DNA of 63,735 nucleotides, filler included, from Octopus bimaculoides (taxonomy: Eukaryota): the NCBI RefSeq assembly GCF_001194135.2. It is 11 parts of 11 records of this genome, joined end to end, with 100 filler letters (N's around TTAATTAATTAA, not from the genome) between each part and the next. Parts side by side here need not be neighbours in the genome. Positions count along the whole stretch, not along the records: positions 25,790 to 39,942 come from NC_069000.1; positions 40,043 to 51,148 come from NC_068997.1; positions 51,249 to 56,397 come from NC_069002.1; 8 more parts are not named here. One strand, given 5' to 3'. Shown here piece after piece: positions 38,690-52,496 of the stretch. The position numbers and the translations under genes are program-made. How positions within the stretch are numbered: position 1 is the first letter of the stretch; every line of letters begins with the position of its first letter. The notes under the pieces are model-generated. The model was not told the origin of the DNA. It worked only from the letters and a program-made list of their open reading frames with translations, and made no database searches.

Positions 38690-38995
38690 CTCTTTGGACC
38701 CCCCCCCCTTAATTACTGATTTATTCTGGGGACACCCACGACCATTCAATGTTTAAAAACTAGTTTTATACCTTTTTTCAAAATTCCTTTTCTCTTTTTC
38801 TCACATCAACTTGTTTAGGTTGAATTATGGAAAATGTTAAAGAAACCCAGACGTTTCTTGCAATACCAGTATATACATCTAAAACATAAATATTTTTAGG
38901 GGTCTTTAAAATACTATTGTGTATCCCTAATTTGTTAGTTGTGTGGATCCCCCCCCCCCCCGAATGTTATATGGACCTTGGTTGAGAACCACTGG
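38690..38995. mobile_element. Non-autonomous DNA transposon remnant with a hAT-like terminus
   Basis: The right end gttgagaaccactg is the reverse complement of CAGTGGTTCTCAAC, a Charlie/MER5-type TIR start. The left TIR is not seen. Confidence 0.45.
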
Positions 38996-39169
38996 TCTAA
39001 AGGATACATAGAAAAATCTCCTATAAGACAGGATGGTCATATTGGAATGCTTGTGGTTGTCTGTTTCTCTCCTCAAATGACATGACATCCGTCAGAGAGA
39101 AGACTTCAACAACATGAAACTCCTGTATCTTGGGCAAGTATCTCCTACTATATCCTTAGGCCTGTCGCA

Positions 39170-39345
39170 TGCTTCTTTGTCCCCACCCCACCACTTGATA
39201 ACCGGTGTTAGGTTATTTACATTCCCCTAGTGATTTGGTTAAAGAGACTGATAGAATAAGTACTGGGATTGATTTGTTTGATTAAACTCTCAAGGTGTTG
39301 CCCCAGCATGGCCGCAGTGCCATGAGTAAAACATGTAAAAGGTAA
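39170..39345 (+). mobile_element. SINE family 1, 3' half
   Basis: tttgtcccc...cttgataaccggtgtt...gatagaataagtactggg...ccccagcatggccgcagt. Confidence 0.75.
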
Positions 39346-39911
39346 CATATCAACTGATATTTGCTGGTAAATGGGGTTTCTTTTCAATCCCCCGGAATAG
39401 GTTCTTCGGTCATAAAGGGTAGATTGAATAGAAGTTACTCCTTAGTCAGCAGATTTGATTGAAGGCATTTTAGGCGTGGGCAGGCTTGTTTAAGGGTGTG
39501 GTTTGAGTGCAATTGTGTACTATCTTTACAGGTTGAGAGACCACAGTCCTCTCTCCTCTCCCTTTCTCTCCGTTTTTGTGTTTAACAAGGACGTCTCCTC
39601 CTCCCACCACCACCACCCATTAATATATCTCACCACTTCTAAACCAACACAACTAAATGGGTTACGATTGTATCAATGACTGAAATATACTAATGTGTGT
39701 ATGCATGGATGGAAATGCTCACCCAGATAAACTTGCACTTCATTATAGAAGCCAAGGAAGCTATAAGGCGGAGGGGGGGGGGCAGAAGCACTCAGCTTTT
39801 AGTGCACTGCACCTTGTAGCAGAAACAGATGTAAGCTAATGAAGGTCATTACATAATTCCTGTTCCCTTGTCATTTTTATATATGTGTGTGTGTATATGT
39901 ATACGTGTGTG

Positions 39912-39942
<31 letters not shown>

Positions 39943-40042
39943 NNNNNNNNNNNNNNNNNNNNNNNNNNNNNNNNNNNNNNNNNNNNTTAATTAATTAANN
40001 NNNNNNNNNNNNNNNNNNNNNNNNNNNNNNNNNNNNNNNNNN

Positions 40043-40090
<48 letters not shown>

Positions 40091-40431
40091 TAAAGACGTC
40101 TTTGCATGTATATGTACGCATCTATAAATATATATACACACGCATACTCGTACACATAATGTATATAATAGAAAGATATAAATAGGCTGGCAGGCAGGTA
40201 GGTAGGTAGGTAGGTCGGTAGGTAGGTAGGTAGATAGATAGATAGATAGATAGATAGATACATACATACATACATACATACATGCATACATACGTGCATA
40301 CATACATACATTTACACTAACTCACATGTGTGAGAGTGGGTGGATGTGTATACAATATTTTTTGCAGTTCGTCAAGTCATTCACAAAGCGAGAGAGATAA
40401 AGAGAGACAGATACAGAGAGGGAGAGATGAA

Positions 40432-40489
<58 letters not shown>

Positions 40490-41018
40490 GCGAGTAACAG
40501 AGCGAGAAAGAATGAAAAGAAGAGAAGAAAGCGTCAATCTTAGCCCCTCCTTTCCCAAACCCAGCATCACTGACTGCTGACACGCCTCACGTCTGTCAGT
40601 TGACCAATCAAATTTACTCGTCAGAACGCTGGACAGGATGATTAATGGCCAATGCAAGCGAGGCGTCACGCATTGAAACGTAGAACAGCAGCGAATATTG
40701 GAGATTTCGTTTTGATGTGTGAGTGTTTGTTAGTGTGTATGCTTGTTTGTTTGTTTGCTTTTTTGTTTCTATGTATGTGTGTGTGTGTGCGTGCATGTGT
40801 GTGTGTGTGTGTGTGTGCGTGCATGTGTGTGTGTGTGTGTGTGTGTATGTTGTGATTAGGGCGTTCATAAGTATGTGTATAAGAGAGAGAAAGATATTCA
40901 GAGAAGTATAGGTGAGAAACAGAAAAATGCAATACAGAGCTGTGTGCATATGGATGTATCAATGCATGTGTGTGTGAGTGTGTGTGTGTGTACATATACA
41001 CGAACACACTCGCGCACG

Positions 41019-41071
<53 letters not shown>

Positions 41072-41182
41072 ATATATATATATATGTATGTATGTATATA
41101 TGCATGTATATATGTTCAGAGCTGTGCCGTGGATCAATTGATAGCGGGCTGCACAGAGAATGAATTTATGTATGTATGTATG

Positions 41183-41230
<48 letters not shown>

Positions 41231-41549
41231 NNNNNNNNNNNNNNNNNNNNNNNNNNNNNNNNNNNNNNNNNNNNNNNNNNNNNNNNNNNNNNNNNNNNNN
41301 NNNNNNNNNNNNNNNNNNNNNNNNNNNNNNNNNNNNNNNNNNNNNNNNNNNNNNNNNNNNNNNNNNNNNNNNNNNNNNNNNNNNNNNNNNNNNNNNNNNN
41401 NNNNNNNNNNNNNNNNNNNNNNNNNNNNNNNNNNNNNNNNNNNNNNNNNNNNNNNNNNNNNNNNNNNNNNNNNNNNNNNNNNNNNNNNNNNNNNNNNNNN
41501 NNNNNNNNNNNNNNNNNNNNNNNNNNNNNNNNNNNNNNNNNNNNNNNNT

Positions 41550-41669
41550 CACAAGGTTTTGGTCGGCCCGAGGCTATAGTAGACATTTGCCCAAAATTCC
41601 ACTCAGTAGGACTGAACCCGGAACTATGTGGTTAGGAAGCAAGCTTCTTACCACACAGTCACTCCTACC

Positions 41670-41670
<1 letters not shown>
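41550..41670 (-). mobile_element. SINE family 1, 5' half
   Basis: cacaaggttttggtcggcccgaggctatagtagac...ggactgaacccggaactatgtggttaggaagcaagcttcttaccacacagtcactcc. Confidence 0.8.
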
Positions 41671-41714
<44 letters not shown>

Positions 41715-42259
41715 GTATAATCTGTGTGTGTGTGTGTATGTATGTATGTGTGTGTTTATGTGTGTGTGTGCGCGCGCAAATACAAGCATAGTATAGGTCC
41801 AGGCACGATTGTGTGGATAAAACGTGCGTTTCACAGCAATATAGTATTGATATATGTTACTGGGTTCGTTTTCCGTAATTCTCTTCAAACAGCGGCCCTT
41901 CCTTTCCGAGAACCCAGGTCAGCCGGGACAAGAATCTGTTGATTCTTTTCCTTGGCTTTTGAATTGCACTATAATTCTATTAACAGTAGCAAAAGGAATT
42001 TGAAGACTTTCGACAATTTTTCGCTGGCTAAGATCAACCTCAGATTGCCCAACAATACGACCTCTTTGAAAATCTGACAGTTCTGCTGAATTTTTGTGTG
42101 TGGCATGGTTATTTTTCGCAAATGTTTAATACAATGGCACCGGGAATGAAAAAGAATAATTACATTGTAAATTCTACACCGCTGAAAACATATTAAGACG
42201 CTTAGAACAGAAATTTTGAAAATTAAAGGTGCCTATTTACTTCCTGCATGTCTGTATAT

Positions 42260-42483
42260 ACTCTTTTACTCTCTTTTACTCTTTTACTTGTTTCAGTCAT
42301 TTGACTGTGGCCATGCTGGAGCACCGCCTTTAGTCGAGCAAATCGCCCCCAGGACTTATTCTATATCTATCGGTTTCTTTTGCCGAACCGCTAAGTTACG
42401 GGGACGTAAACACACCAACATCGGTTGTCAAGCGATGTTGGGGGGACAAACACAGACACACAAACACACACACACACACATAC
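42260..42483 (-). mobile_element. SINE family 1, 3' half (well preserved) with (AGTAAAAG)-type tail repeats
   Basis: ctcttttactctcttttactcttttacttgtttcagtcatttgactgtggccatgctggagcaccgccttt...; enters a gap at its internal microsatellite. Confidence 0.9.
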
Positions 42484-43193
42484 NNNNNNNNNNNNNNNNN
42501 NNNNNNNNNNNNNNNNNNNNNNNNNNNNNNNNNNNNNNNNNNNNNNNNNNNNNNNNNNNNNNNNNNNNNNNNNNNNNNNNNNNNNNNNNNNNNNNNNNNN
42601 NNNNNNNNNNNNNNNNNNNNNNNNNNNNNNNNNNNNNNNNNNNNNNNNNNNNNNNNNNNNNNNNNNNNNNNNNNNNNNNNNNNNNNNNNNNNNNNNNNNN
42701 NNNNNNNNNNNNNNNNNNNNNNNNNNNNNNNNNNNNNNNNNNNNNNNNNNNNNNNNNNNNNNNNNNNNNNNNNNNNNNNNNNNNNNNNNNNNNNNNNNNN
42801 NNNNNNNNNNNNNNNNNNNNNNNNNNNNNNNNNNNNNNNNNNNNNNNNNNNNNNNNNNNNNNNNNNNNNNNNNNNNNNNNNNNNNNNNNNNNNNNNNNNN
42901 NNNNNNNNNNNNNNNNNNNNNNNNNNNNNNNNNNNNNNNNNNNNNNNNNNNNNNNNNNNNNNNNNNNNNNNNNNNNNNNNNNNNNNNNNNNNNNNNNNNN
43001 NNNNNNNNNNNNNNNNNNNNNNNNNNNNNNNNNNNNNNNNNNNNNNNNNNNNNNNNNNNNNNNNNNNNNNNNNNNNNNNNNNNNNNNNNNNNNNNNNNNN
43101 NNNNNNNNNNNNNNNNNNNNNNNNNNNNNNNNNNNNNNNNNNNNNNNNNNNNNNNNNNNNNNNNNNNNNNNNNNNNNNNNNNNNNNNNNNNNN

Positions 43194-43235
<42 letters not shown>

Positions 43236-44553
43236 TCGCATACGTATTTGTGTGTGTGAGAGAGATTGAGAGAGAGAGAAGGAGAAAGAGAAAGCGAGAA
43301 AGTGAGAGAAAGAGAGAGAACGAAAGAGAGAGAGAACGAAAGAAGACGGAAACGCTAAAAACGGGACCACAATATAGCAAGATGGCCATCATCACCATCA
43401 TCTTATCAGCAGCAACAGCAGCAGCAGCAGCAGCAGCTACAAAAGCAATACATACGCACGTACACACACACACACACACACACTCACACACACACACTCA
43501 CACACACACTCTCACACACACTCACACACATACATATACGTATATATATATATATATATTTGAAGGTTTGGAGGTGATGTACAGAAATTATATAGAAAAA
43601 AATTAAGTTACTCAGAAACCTGGATGTTTGTACATTTACAAATTTTTATTAATGTCACATATTAAATGAAGCGCTTTTCACCTAGTCGTGTAGGATTTTC
43701 AAATTGTTTTGAGAAAACTTTATGGCGGGTCTCTTTATATAGTTTTATTGAGTGTGTAGGGGTGGAGNNNNNNNNNNNNNNNNNNNNNNNNNNNNNNNNN
43801 NNNNNNNNNNNNNNNNNNNNNNNNNNNNNNNNNNNNNNNNNNNNNNNNNNNNNNNNNNNNNNNNNNNNNNNNNNNNNNNNNNNNNNNNNNNNNNNNNNNN
43901 NNNNNNNNNNNNNNNNNNNNNNNNNNNNNNNNNNNNNNNNNNNNNNNNNNNNNNNNNNNNNNNNNNNNNNNNNNNNNNNNNNNNNNNNNNNNNNNNNNNN
44001 NNNNNNNNNNNNNNNNNNNNNNNNNNNNNNNNNNNNNNNNNNNNNNNNNNNNNNNNNNNNNNNNNNNNNNNNNNNNNNNNNNNNNNNNNNNNNNNNNNNN
44101 NNNNNNNNNNNNNNNNNNNNNNNNNNNNNNNNNNNNNNNNNNNNNNNNNNNNNNNNNNNNNNNNNNNNNNNNNNNNNNNNNNNNNNNNNNNNNNNNNNNN
44201 NNNNNNNNNNNNNNNNNNNNNNNNNNNNNNNNNNNNNNNNNNNNNNNNNNNNNNNNNNNNNNNNNNNNNNNNNNNNNNNNNNNNNNNNNNNNNNNNNNNN
44301 NNNNNNNNNNNNNNNNNNNNNNNNNNNNNNNNNNNNNNNNNNNNNNNNNNNNNNNNNNNNNNNNNNNNNNNNNNNNNNNNNNNNNNNNNNNNNNNNNNNN
44401 NNNNNNNNNNNNNNNNNNNNNNNNNNNNNNNNNNNNNNNNNNNNNNNNNNNNNNNNNNNNNNNNNNNNNNNNNNNNNNNNNNNNNNNNNNNNNNNNNNNN
44501 NNNNATGCATATGTATATATATATATATATGCATATATTATATATATGTATAC

Positions 44554-44589
<36 letters not shown>

Positions 44590-45270
44590 TATATATGTAT
44601 ATATATTAGAATATATGCATGTATATATATGTAGATAGATAGATAGATAGATAGAGATATGTATATGTATATGTATATTATATAAACACACGCACAGGTA
44701 CTTAAATAATATTCACACAGAAAAAGAGAGAAAGAAAGACAGGAAAAATGGGAAAATGTAAGAGACAGCATAATGATGTGAAGTAGAAGTGTGAGATATA
44801 AAATGCAGTGAAGGAGTAAGAGGGGAAGGTAAGGGATTGAAGAACGATAGAGAGAAAGGGAAAGAGAAAGATAGACGAGAGAAAGAGAGAAAGAATGTGT
44901 GTGAGAGAGAGAGAGGGAGGAGAAAGAGAGAGAGAGTCAAATAGAGACGGAGGTTGTTCACAAATCTAGTGAAAAAAAATGCGATCAAATCTGGAGACAG
45001 ACATACATAACCAGTGAAAGGGGGAAACAAGATGTGGAGTGAGAGTGAGGAGTGAGAGAAAGGGAGATGAAAAAAGGAGAGAAAGTAGGAGGAGAGAAAG
45101 GTGTGTAACAGAGTAAATGATAGCGGGGAGGGAAGGGAGGGAGACTCCATGCATAAATGGATCTGTGTTTTTGTGCAAGAGAATCACAAAGCGAGAACAT
45201 ATACATTTCCCCATTTATCTATCTATCTATATACATATATACATATATATATCTGGCTAGATAGATATAG

Positions 45271-45303
<33 letters not shown>

Positions 45304-45460
45304 TAAACACTCATACAAACAAGCATGCATAAGTGCATTTACGTGTGTATATATATATATATATATAAAGGGGGGATATACGAAAAAACAACAACAGACG
45401 AGGACAGGTGGTGTAAATAACAAAAGGATGTATTAGTATGACGCTCGGGAATACGGAAAG

Positions 45461-45497
45461 TCTTTGACGTTTCGAGCTACGCTCTTCAACAGAAAGA
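45461..45497 (-). ncRNA. Minimal type-I hammerhead-ribozyme-like motif (CUGUUGA core variant)
   Basis: Minus strand: TCTTT-CTGTTGA-A-GAGC-GTA-GCTC-GAAA-CGTC-AAAGA. Perfect 5-bp stem I, 4-bp stem II, palindromic ACGT in place of stem III, and a GUC site. Confidence 0.65.
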
Positions 45498-47099
45498 ATA
45501 CGGCGACAAGGAGAAAAACACGGAGAAAAAAAATTGAATAGTGTCCAGTCAACGGTCAATCATAATAATGGCTGATCATAACAATGGCTGACCGGAAGTT
45601 AGAAATTCTTTTTTTCAGGAGAGCTAATCATGTTTTGCTGTATTTTGGTTGGATCATTTAAGGCAATGATAATAAACATACGTACCGGCCCACATACGTA
45701 TGATTTATATTATATATACCTATTAACATATAGGTGTATGTATATGTATATATATATAATCCAGAATTAGGGATTAGAGTAGATAAAATCCAGGCTACAT
45801 ATGTTTCATACCAGGTAGAACCTCGGAAGTAGTAATTGCCAAAACGAGGGATAATCCGTTAGCTACTTGTCGGGTCAAACATACCTTAATCGAATGAAGT
45901 TTACATTCTCGTCAAAGGATCCAAAGTTAACTCGCAAGAGATTCGATAGCGTTCTACATCAGATTCGCGTTTGGCCGTACGGTTTTTTAATGTTGTTTTC
46001 ACTGACCAATTTTTTCCTGTCTTGGTTTGTGTTTGCCACCTTGGAATCCTCTGTTTAGTGGGTCGATCCACTACTCAGGAAGAGACTATTCTAGAGTACT
46101 TCTGCCTCATAGAGGCAACTGACGAAGGATTAATTCCAAGTGGCTATCTGTTTTCCTATGTGTTCGTTCCGTTGTCTGTAGTTCATTGTTCTAACGTCCT
46201 GTACCCTGCTATGCATCTATATACACATGTAGATGTAAGTATGTACATATATGTGTGTATACATGCATATATATTCTTAGTATTATATATATATATATAT
46301 ATCAAAAGAAAAAGCACTAATAAGGAAGTAGTAATCCAAGCGAAATACGTCATAATCTCTTTGAAGATAAAGACGCCATAGGCTAAGAAACGTGTGCTGT
46401 GATCTATGTTGGAATCCAGGTAATCCAAAGTCAAAACCTGGCAGCAGTCAAATTTGGAAATCCATGCTCCAGTTAAATTAGTATATTGCTGGAGAGTGAT
46501 ATAAAAAATACAAACAGTTAATGGATTCTGTAGATTCATTGAGGGCTTACAAACGTTTCGGCTAAGAATTGGAGTGATTTTCTTCCATAGTTCAGACCTA
46601 ACCATAGTCGATCGACTGAAAAATTAGAGGACAATCATCATTGATTTGTATACGCAATCTTTTATGTAGGTACATTCCTGTCGTCGTAAAATTGTCTAGC
46701 TTTCTGAGAAAAAAATAAATGTGTGGGGGGAGTGGTGGTGTTCATGTGCGAAAAAGATAAGACGAAAGGTACACCGTCTCGAGCTGAACCATTCACTTCA
46801 GAAGTTATGAACTTCCACTCATACTTACGCTTATGTCTTTAAATTACAATTTAAGTGACAGCTCTGATGCCTCATGTGGTGGGCAAACAAAACTTAAATT
46901 AAATAAAATTAATGACGCAATGAAGATAGGAATTTATTAGCTCAATTACTAAAAATAATTAAAACGCCATTCCCGAACACTAATAATAATATAATCTCTT
47001 TATTAGAAAGAATAATGACAATTACGAAAAAATGTTAATTTTCTGCGTCAGGGAACCAGCGACCTACCTATCTATCTATCGCTCTCTCTCTCTATGTGT

Positions 47100-47305
47100 G
47101 TGTGTGTGTGTGTGGGGGGTCTACTTCCCTGTAAGTTAGCGGTTCGCAAATGAGACCGATAGAATAAGTACTGGGCTTCCACATGTATAATAGGCGCAGG
47201 CATGGTTTTGTGGTAAGTTGTTTCCCAACCACATGGTTTAGGCCGACCGAAGCCTTGGGAGACGATTTGGTAGAACGAAACAGAAAGAAGCCCGTCTCTC
47301 TCTCT
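47100..47305 (+). mobile_element. SINE family 1, 3' piece fused head-to-tail to a 5' piece
   Basis: gttagcggttcgcaaatgagaccgatagaataagtactggg, followed by taggcgcagggcatggttttgtggtaag...ggccgaccgaagccttg...agaaagaagcccgtc. Confidence 0.75.
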
Positions 47306-48433
47306 CTTTCTCTCAATGAATAATAATATCCTCTACAGCTTCTATTGAGCACTTCTTTCTCATTTGTTTGACATGAAACATACAAATATATTAATATATA
47401 ATAGCATTTTTGAAAATCACCTAGACTGAAACCGGTTATGGCTATTTTTCTAAAATTGAAATGAATATTCAAATATACTCTTTGAATATTTCAGCTTTAT
47501 TTATTCTGTACTACTATTACTTGTATGAATTAAAAACAGTATATATATATATATATATNNNNNNNNNNNNNNNNNNNNNNNNNNNNNNNNNNNNNNNNNN
47601 NNNNNNNNNNNNNNNNNNNNNNNNNNNNNNNNNNNNNNNNNNNNNNNNNNNNNNNNNNNNNNNNNNNNNNNNNNNNNNNNNNNNNNNNNNNNNNNNNNNN
47701 NNNNNNNNNNNNNNNNNNNNNNNNNNNNNNNNNNNNNNNNNNNNNNNNNNNNNNNNNNNNNNNNNNNNNNNNNNNNNNNNNNNNNNNNNNNNNNNNNNNN
47801 NNNNNNNNNNNNNNNNNNNNNNNNNNNNNNNNNNNNNNNNNNNNNNNNNNNNNNNNNNNNNNNNNNNNNNNNNNNNNNNNNNNNNNNNNNNNNNNNNNNN
47901 NNNNNNNNNNNNNNNNNNNNNNNNNNNNNNNNNNNNNNNNNNNNNNNNNNNNNNNNNNNNNNNNNNNNNNNNNNNNNNNNNNNNNNNNNNNNNNNNNNNN
48001 NNNNNNNNNNNNNNNNNNNNNNNNNNNNNNNNNNNNNNNNNNNNNNNNNNNNNNNNNNNNNNNNNNNNNNNNNNNNNNNNNNNNNNNNNNNNNNNNNNNN
48101 NNNNNNNNNNNNNNNNNNNNNNNNNNNNNNNNNNNNNNNNNNNNNNNNNNNNNNNNNNNNNNNNNNNNNNNNNNNNNNNNNNNNNNNNNNNNNNNNNNNN
48201 NNNNNNNNNNNNNNNNNNNNNNNNNNNNNNNNNNNNNNNNNNNNNNNNNNNNNNNNNNNNNNNNNNNNNNNNNNNNNNNNNNNNNNNNNNNNNNNNNNNN
48301 NNNNNNNNNNTAAAAACACAAACAAATACATTACCAAACGCAAAAAAAAGACAATAACAGAAGAATCTAACATGATCACCAAAGACTAAAACATTTATGA
48401 AAGAAAATATGCGTAAAAAGATATACACAGCCC

Positions 48434-48500
<67 letters not shown>
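48434..48500. repeat. (TAG)n microsatellite
   Basis: Direct reading. Confidence 0.95.
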
Positions 48501-49495
48501 TAGGTATTAAGTAGGAAAAATCTGATAGAGTAACACACACAGCTAGATTAGCAAGACGAAAAACAACAACCCAAAGCTGGTAAACAAACGGCTAAAGCCC
48601 CATTGTTATAAACGCCAGATCAATAAGTGATAGCGGAGAAAAATATAAATCTAATTACTATGCATTTATCATATATGTTTGCATGTATGAGTGTATGTTC
48701 ATTAATGTCTTTCTATAAGCGTATATATGCATGTAAGTAATTATTTATGTTTGTATCTACGCTTATATGTAAGTATGTATGCATGTTTGTATGTATGTAA
48801 ATATGTCTGTGTGCATGTTTATGAATGTTTATGAATGCATAAGTGTCTGTGTGAATGTATAAATGTATATATGTCTAACTGTATATGTTTGCATGTAAAT
48901 GTATGTATATATGCATGTGAACATGTACTTATGTATGTAATTACATTTTTATGCATGCATGTTCGCATGCATATATATATATAAATGTATAAGTATGTGT
49001 GTATATATGTAACTGTCTGTCTGCATGTGTCTGTGAATGCATATGTGTGTGTCTGTGTATATTTATGAATATATACATGCAAGCATGTGTGTGTGTGTAT
49101 ACGAATGTATGTATGTATGTGTCATAAAGCGTCTTTTGCTTCTCTTGTATCTGTCTTTGTACGACGGTTGACACTGATATTGTTATATTCCGAAGTCGTC
49201 GATACGATGCTTCTATCTGGTACTGTATGATGCCCAGTCGTACAGTGGTATAATCCTCAAAAGGTTGGATCGTTATAACCTCCATTCAGTATCGCAGCAT
49301 AATTACTAGTTAAGTACAGACACGACTAACAACAGTTTAACATGCTCTCTCGTACTCTACGTACTCTCTTCTCTCTTCTCTTTATTTTGCCACTACGGCC
49401 ACTACACAGAGGGGGACATTACAAGGACAGACAATACAGTACAAAACGTGGAGTACATTTAACGAATGTACACACACACTCATACACACACACAC

Positions 49496-49526
<31 letters not shown>

Positions 49527-49535
49527 CATATACAT

Positions 49536-49890
49536 ATGGGTAAATTGTCGCCATTATATTTTTCAATTGCGCGCATGCGCATTGTTTCTTTTTCATTTTA
49601 TCGAATACACAGTATGGTAGGGTCAGTTGGACACCGTCTGTGAGAAAAACAGCACCATGACGCAATTCACTCTGCCAGAGATTTGGAAAAGACATGCTCT
49701 ACTGCTTGGCATTCATACCAGAAGCTCCAATACGAACATTTTAAAGTGTTTGGGTGTCAATCTGAGGACAGTGCAATCTGAGGATATGTACTGACAGTGA
49801 TGAAAATCAAACATCCAGTTGATATCATGGTGTTTGGAGCGATCACTAGTAATGGCGACGTTATGCCTCCATTCATCTTCCCACACGAAG
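49536..49890 (+). mobile_element. Second copy of the internally deleted maT-like element
   Basis: Homologous to 22652-22960 (tagggtcagttggacaccgtctgtgagaaaaacagcaccatgac...; IMVFGAITSNGDVMPPFIFP). Confidence 0.85.
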
Positions 49891-50384
49891 CCAAGAACTC
49901 TTACACACACACACACACACACACACGTATGTATGCATACACACATGCAAACGCTTTATTATTTTTAGTTTTAACGGCACTGATAACGATGTTAACAACA
50001 ATGTCTACAACATTATTAATTGTTGAATTAACTAATCAACAACAGCATTACTCTCAGAGGTGTTCACCGTAGCGACAACAACGATACTATCAAAGATTTG
50101 AGCAGCATAATTTAGTAAATGCTAACAACCGTATTATACAATATTAACAAACACGACATATATTTGCAATAACAATTACAAGAACAATAAACAACGAAAG
50201 CGACACTATAATTATCAGGTCATTAAGAATGAAATGTCCGATTTTCTTATGCACCAAGTTTGACAGTCGTTAACTCAAATGTTTTATCCTGACAATTCTT
50301 TGTTTTACGACATTGAAGAGTTACATCATCATTTTTTAAAATGCAGTTCATGGTGTCTGATTATATTGTGTTTTCTCTTGTAAA

Positions 50385-50900
50385 TCAATTTTTGTGAACC
50401 CATGGATTGATAAAAAAAAGTCGTGCTGAGTTCAGCTTGGTGTGCTTTTGATCAGATGTCAGAAGATGTGGTACCCACCGAGCAGGAATCTTCGTCCTGC
50501 CAAGTTCATTGTGCGTATTCTCAACTCTCTTTCTGGATATTCTAATAGCATTGGATATTTGATTAATACTACACCACCTATCATCTATCACCATGCTGTA
50601 AACACGATCGACGTTTTCCTCGGTGGTGGCAGTTGCAGGGTGTTCAGATCTTGGGTCATCTTCAAGACACCCCACTCTTCTCCACCCTGAATTCAGCTGC
50701 TCAGTTTTGCAACGTTGATAAAACTGGAGCCTCATCCCGTAATGTAGCAACCATGCCAGCATGTGAGCTAACCCCTTTTTCCTGCAGGTACTTGATAACA
50801 CCACGATGAAAAACTTCGTTCATTTTCAAGAGAAGTCGCTACAAATTACTTTTGAAGTGTTCTTTGAACGGTCAGATGTCAGTTTAACTGGAAAGAAACA
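50385..50900 (-). mobile_element. Mariner transposase N-terminal remnant
   Basis: LEDDPRSEHPATATTEENVDRVYSMVIDDR...ELGRTKIPARWVPHLLTSDQK, containing the mariner WVPHxL motif and HTH region. Confidence 0.85.
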
Positions 50901-50986
50901 ACGATGTTATTAATAAGAAATATTGAAGTTAATGCATGCAAGACTTCAGAGAGAGGGAGGAGAGGGAGGGAGAGAAAGAGAGAGAC

Positions 50987-51031
<45 letters not shown>

Positions 51032-51248
51032 GAAAGAGGTGGTGGTGGTGGTGGTGTTGTTGTTGTTGTTGTTGTTCTCGTTATTCTCGTCCTTTTCATG
51101 ACAGCCAGATCACCATCGAGGAATGCAATGGTAGTGGTTGTGGTAGTGNNNNNNNNNNNNNNNNNNNNNNNNNNNNNNNNNNNNNNNNNNNNTTAATTAA
51201 TTAANNNNNNNNNNNNNNNNNNNNNNNNNNNNNNNNNNNNNNNNNNNN

Positions 51249-51322
<74 letters not shown>

Positions 51323-51325
51323 TCC
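51249..51325. repeat. (CT)n(CA)n microsatellite
   Basis: Direct reading. Confidence 0.95.
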
Positions 51326-51699
51326 ACACTACATACATACATATTGTGGATGCATAGTGTGTATAAGTAAATACATGTCTTTGCCCATAAATATTATATA
51401 TATTCTTTATATCTATACAAGTGGATAAAACAGTTACCTACCTGACAATTCCTGGGATCTGTAGCTCCTCCCCAAAATATTTGAGAATTCATGTCGGCTT
51501 TCCTGGAAAGCAATACATCATAATATGATTACATACGTGTGTGCATGCATGCATGTATGTGTGTGTAGCATGTGTGTGCGCGTGTGAAAAATCTTGCAAG
51601 TATTTTTAGAACTCTGCTCAACTATAAAACTGTGTCAGCAGATGTTTAGGTACACACACACATACCCAGACACACGTGCATGTACACACACACACACAC

Positions 51700-52460
51700 A
51701 CACACGTGTAGTGCGTTCAGGCTAAATTTGAAGAATGTTATGGCTCCTCTTTCCAGGAAGAGCTTGTTGTATTGGTGAAGACATTGGCGTTGGAGAGCAT
51801 AAAGATTAGAAGTTGAGAAAAAGTTCGCTGACATGCCTTCTGAATATTGGAAAATACATCATAGCCTCTGTTCCACTGTAATAGCCATAAGATGTGACAT
51901 GGATGGCTGCTATGGAAACTACAAAGCCATGACCATTAAGAAGGGACACAACAAACATTCTAACTGCATCCACATGCTGACGTTCATCCAACAATGGGTG
52001 AAATTGAGCTTAGACTCAATTCTGACTGCTATGTGAAGCTGCTGGAGACTGCAGTCAAATTCTGGTTGGAGAGGATTGCTGCTGGAAAGCTATATGAGTG
52101 GTGGCATGATTTGGCTCCGTGCCATACCTCTGGAAAGAGTCAGATGTGGTTGTCAAAGAATTTTTACAACTTCACCAGTCCTTGTTTTTTGGCTTCCAAA
52201 TTCTCCTGATTGTAATCCCATGGATCACTATTTGTGAAATTTGATTGAAAAAAAAAAAAAAAAATACCTGCCTAGAAATACCAAAGCTGAGTTGGTGACC
52301 AAGATCAAGGAGGTGTTCAAAGATTTCCCCAACGACACAGTGAGAAACACATGTGTCAGGTTCCAAAGCTGTCTTGAGGCTGTGGTGGAAGCTGGGGCAG
52401 CTACTTTGAGCAAACTGTTTTCTTCCAGCCATAATCTAGTTGAAATTGTTTGATTTTAAA
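51700..52460 (+). mobile_element. Decayed maT-like transposase, a family distinct from 22645
   Basis: LRLNSDCYVKLLETAVKFWLERIAAGK...WHDLAPCHTSGKSQMWL / WLPNSPDCNPMDHY...NTKAELVTKIKEVF...RFQSCLEAVVEAG. Confidence 0.85.
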
Positions 52461-52496
52461 AAAATTCTTTTATTTTTGGATGGGATATTGTGTTTC

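Noticed and set aside
46183-46605. 140-aa minus-strand ORF and a nearby gccgaaacgtt word
   Set aside because: No domain motif or splice signals; the hammerhead 5' core is absent.
48660-49120. Long alternating purine-pyrimidine cryptic repeats (also 21340-21660 and 23380-23900) as a coded array
   Set aside because: No fixed unit or repeat-spacer structure; consistent with slippage-scrambled TA/TG/CA microsatellite.
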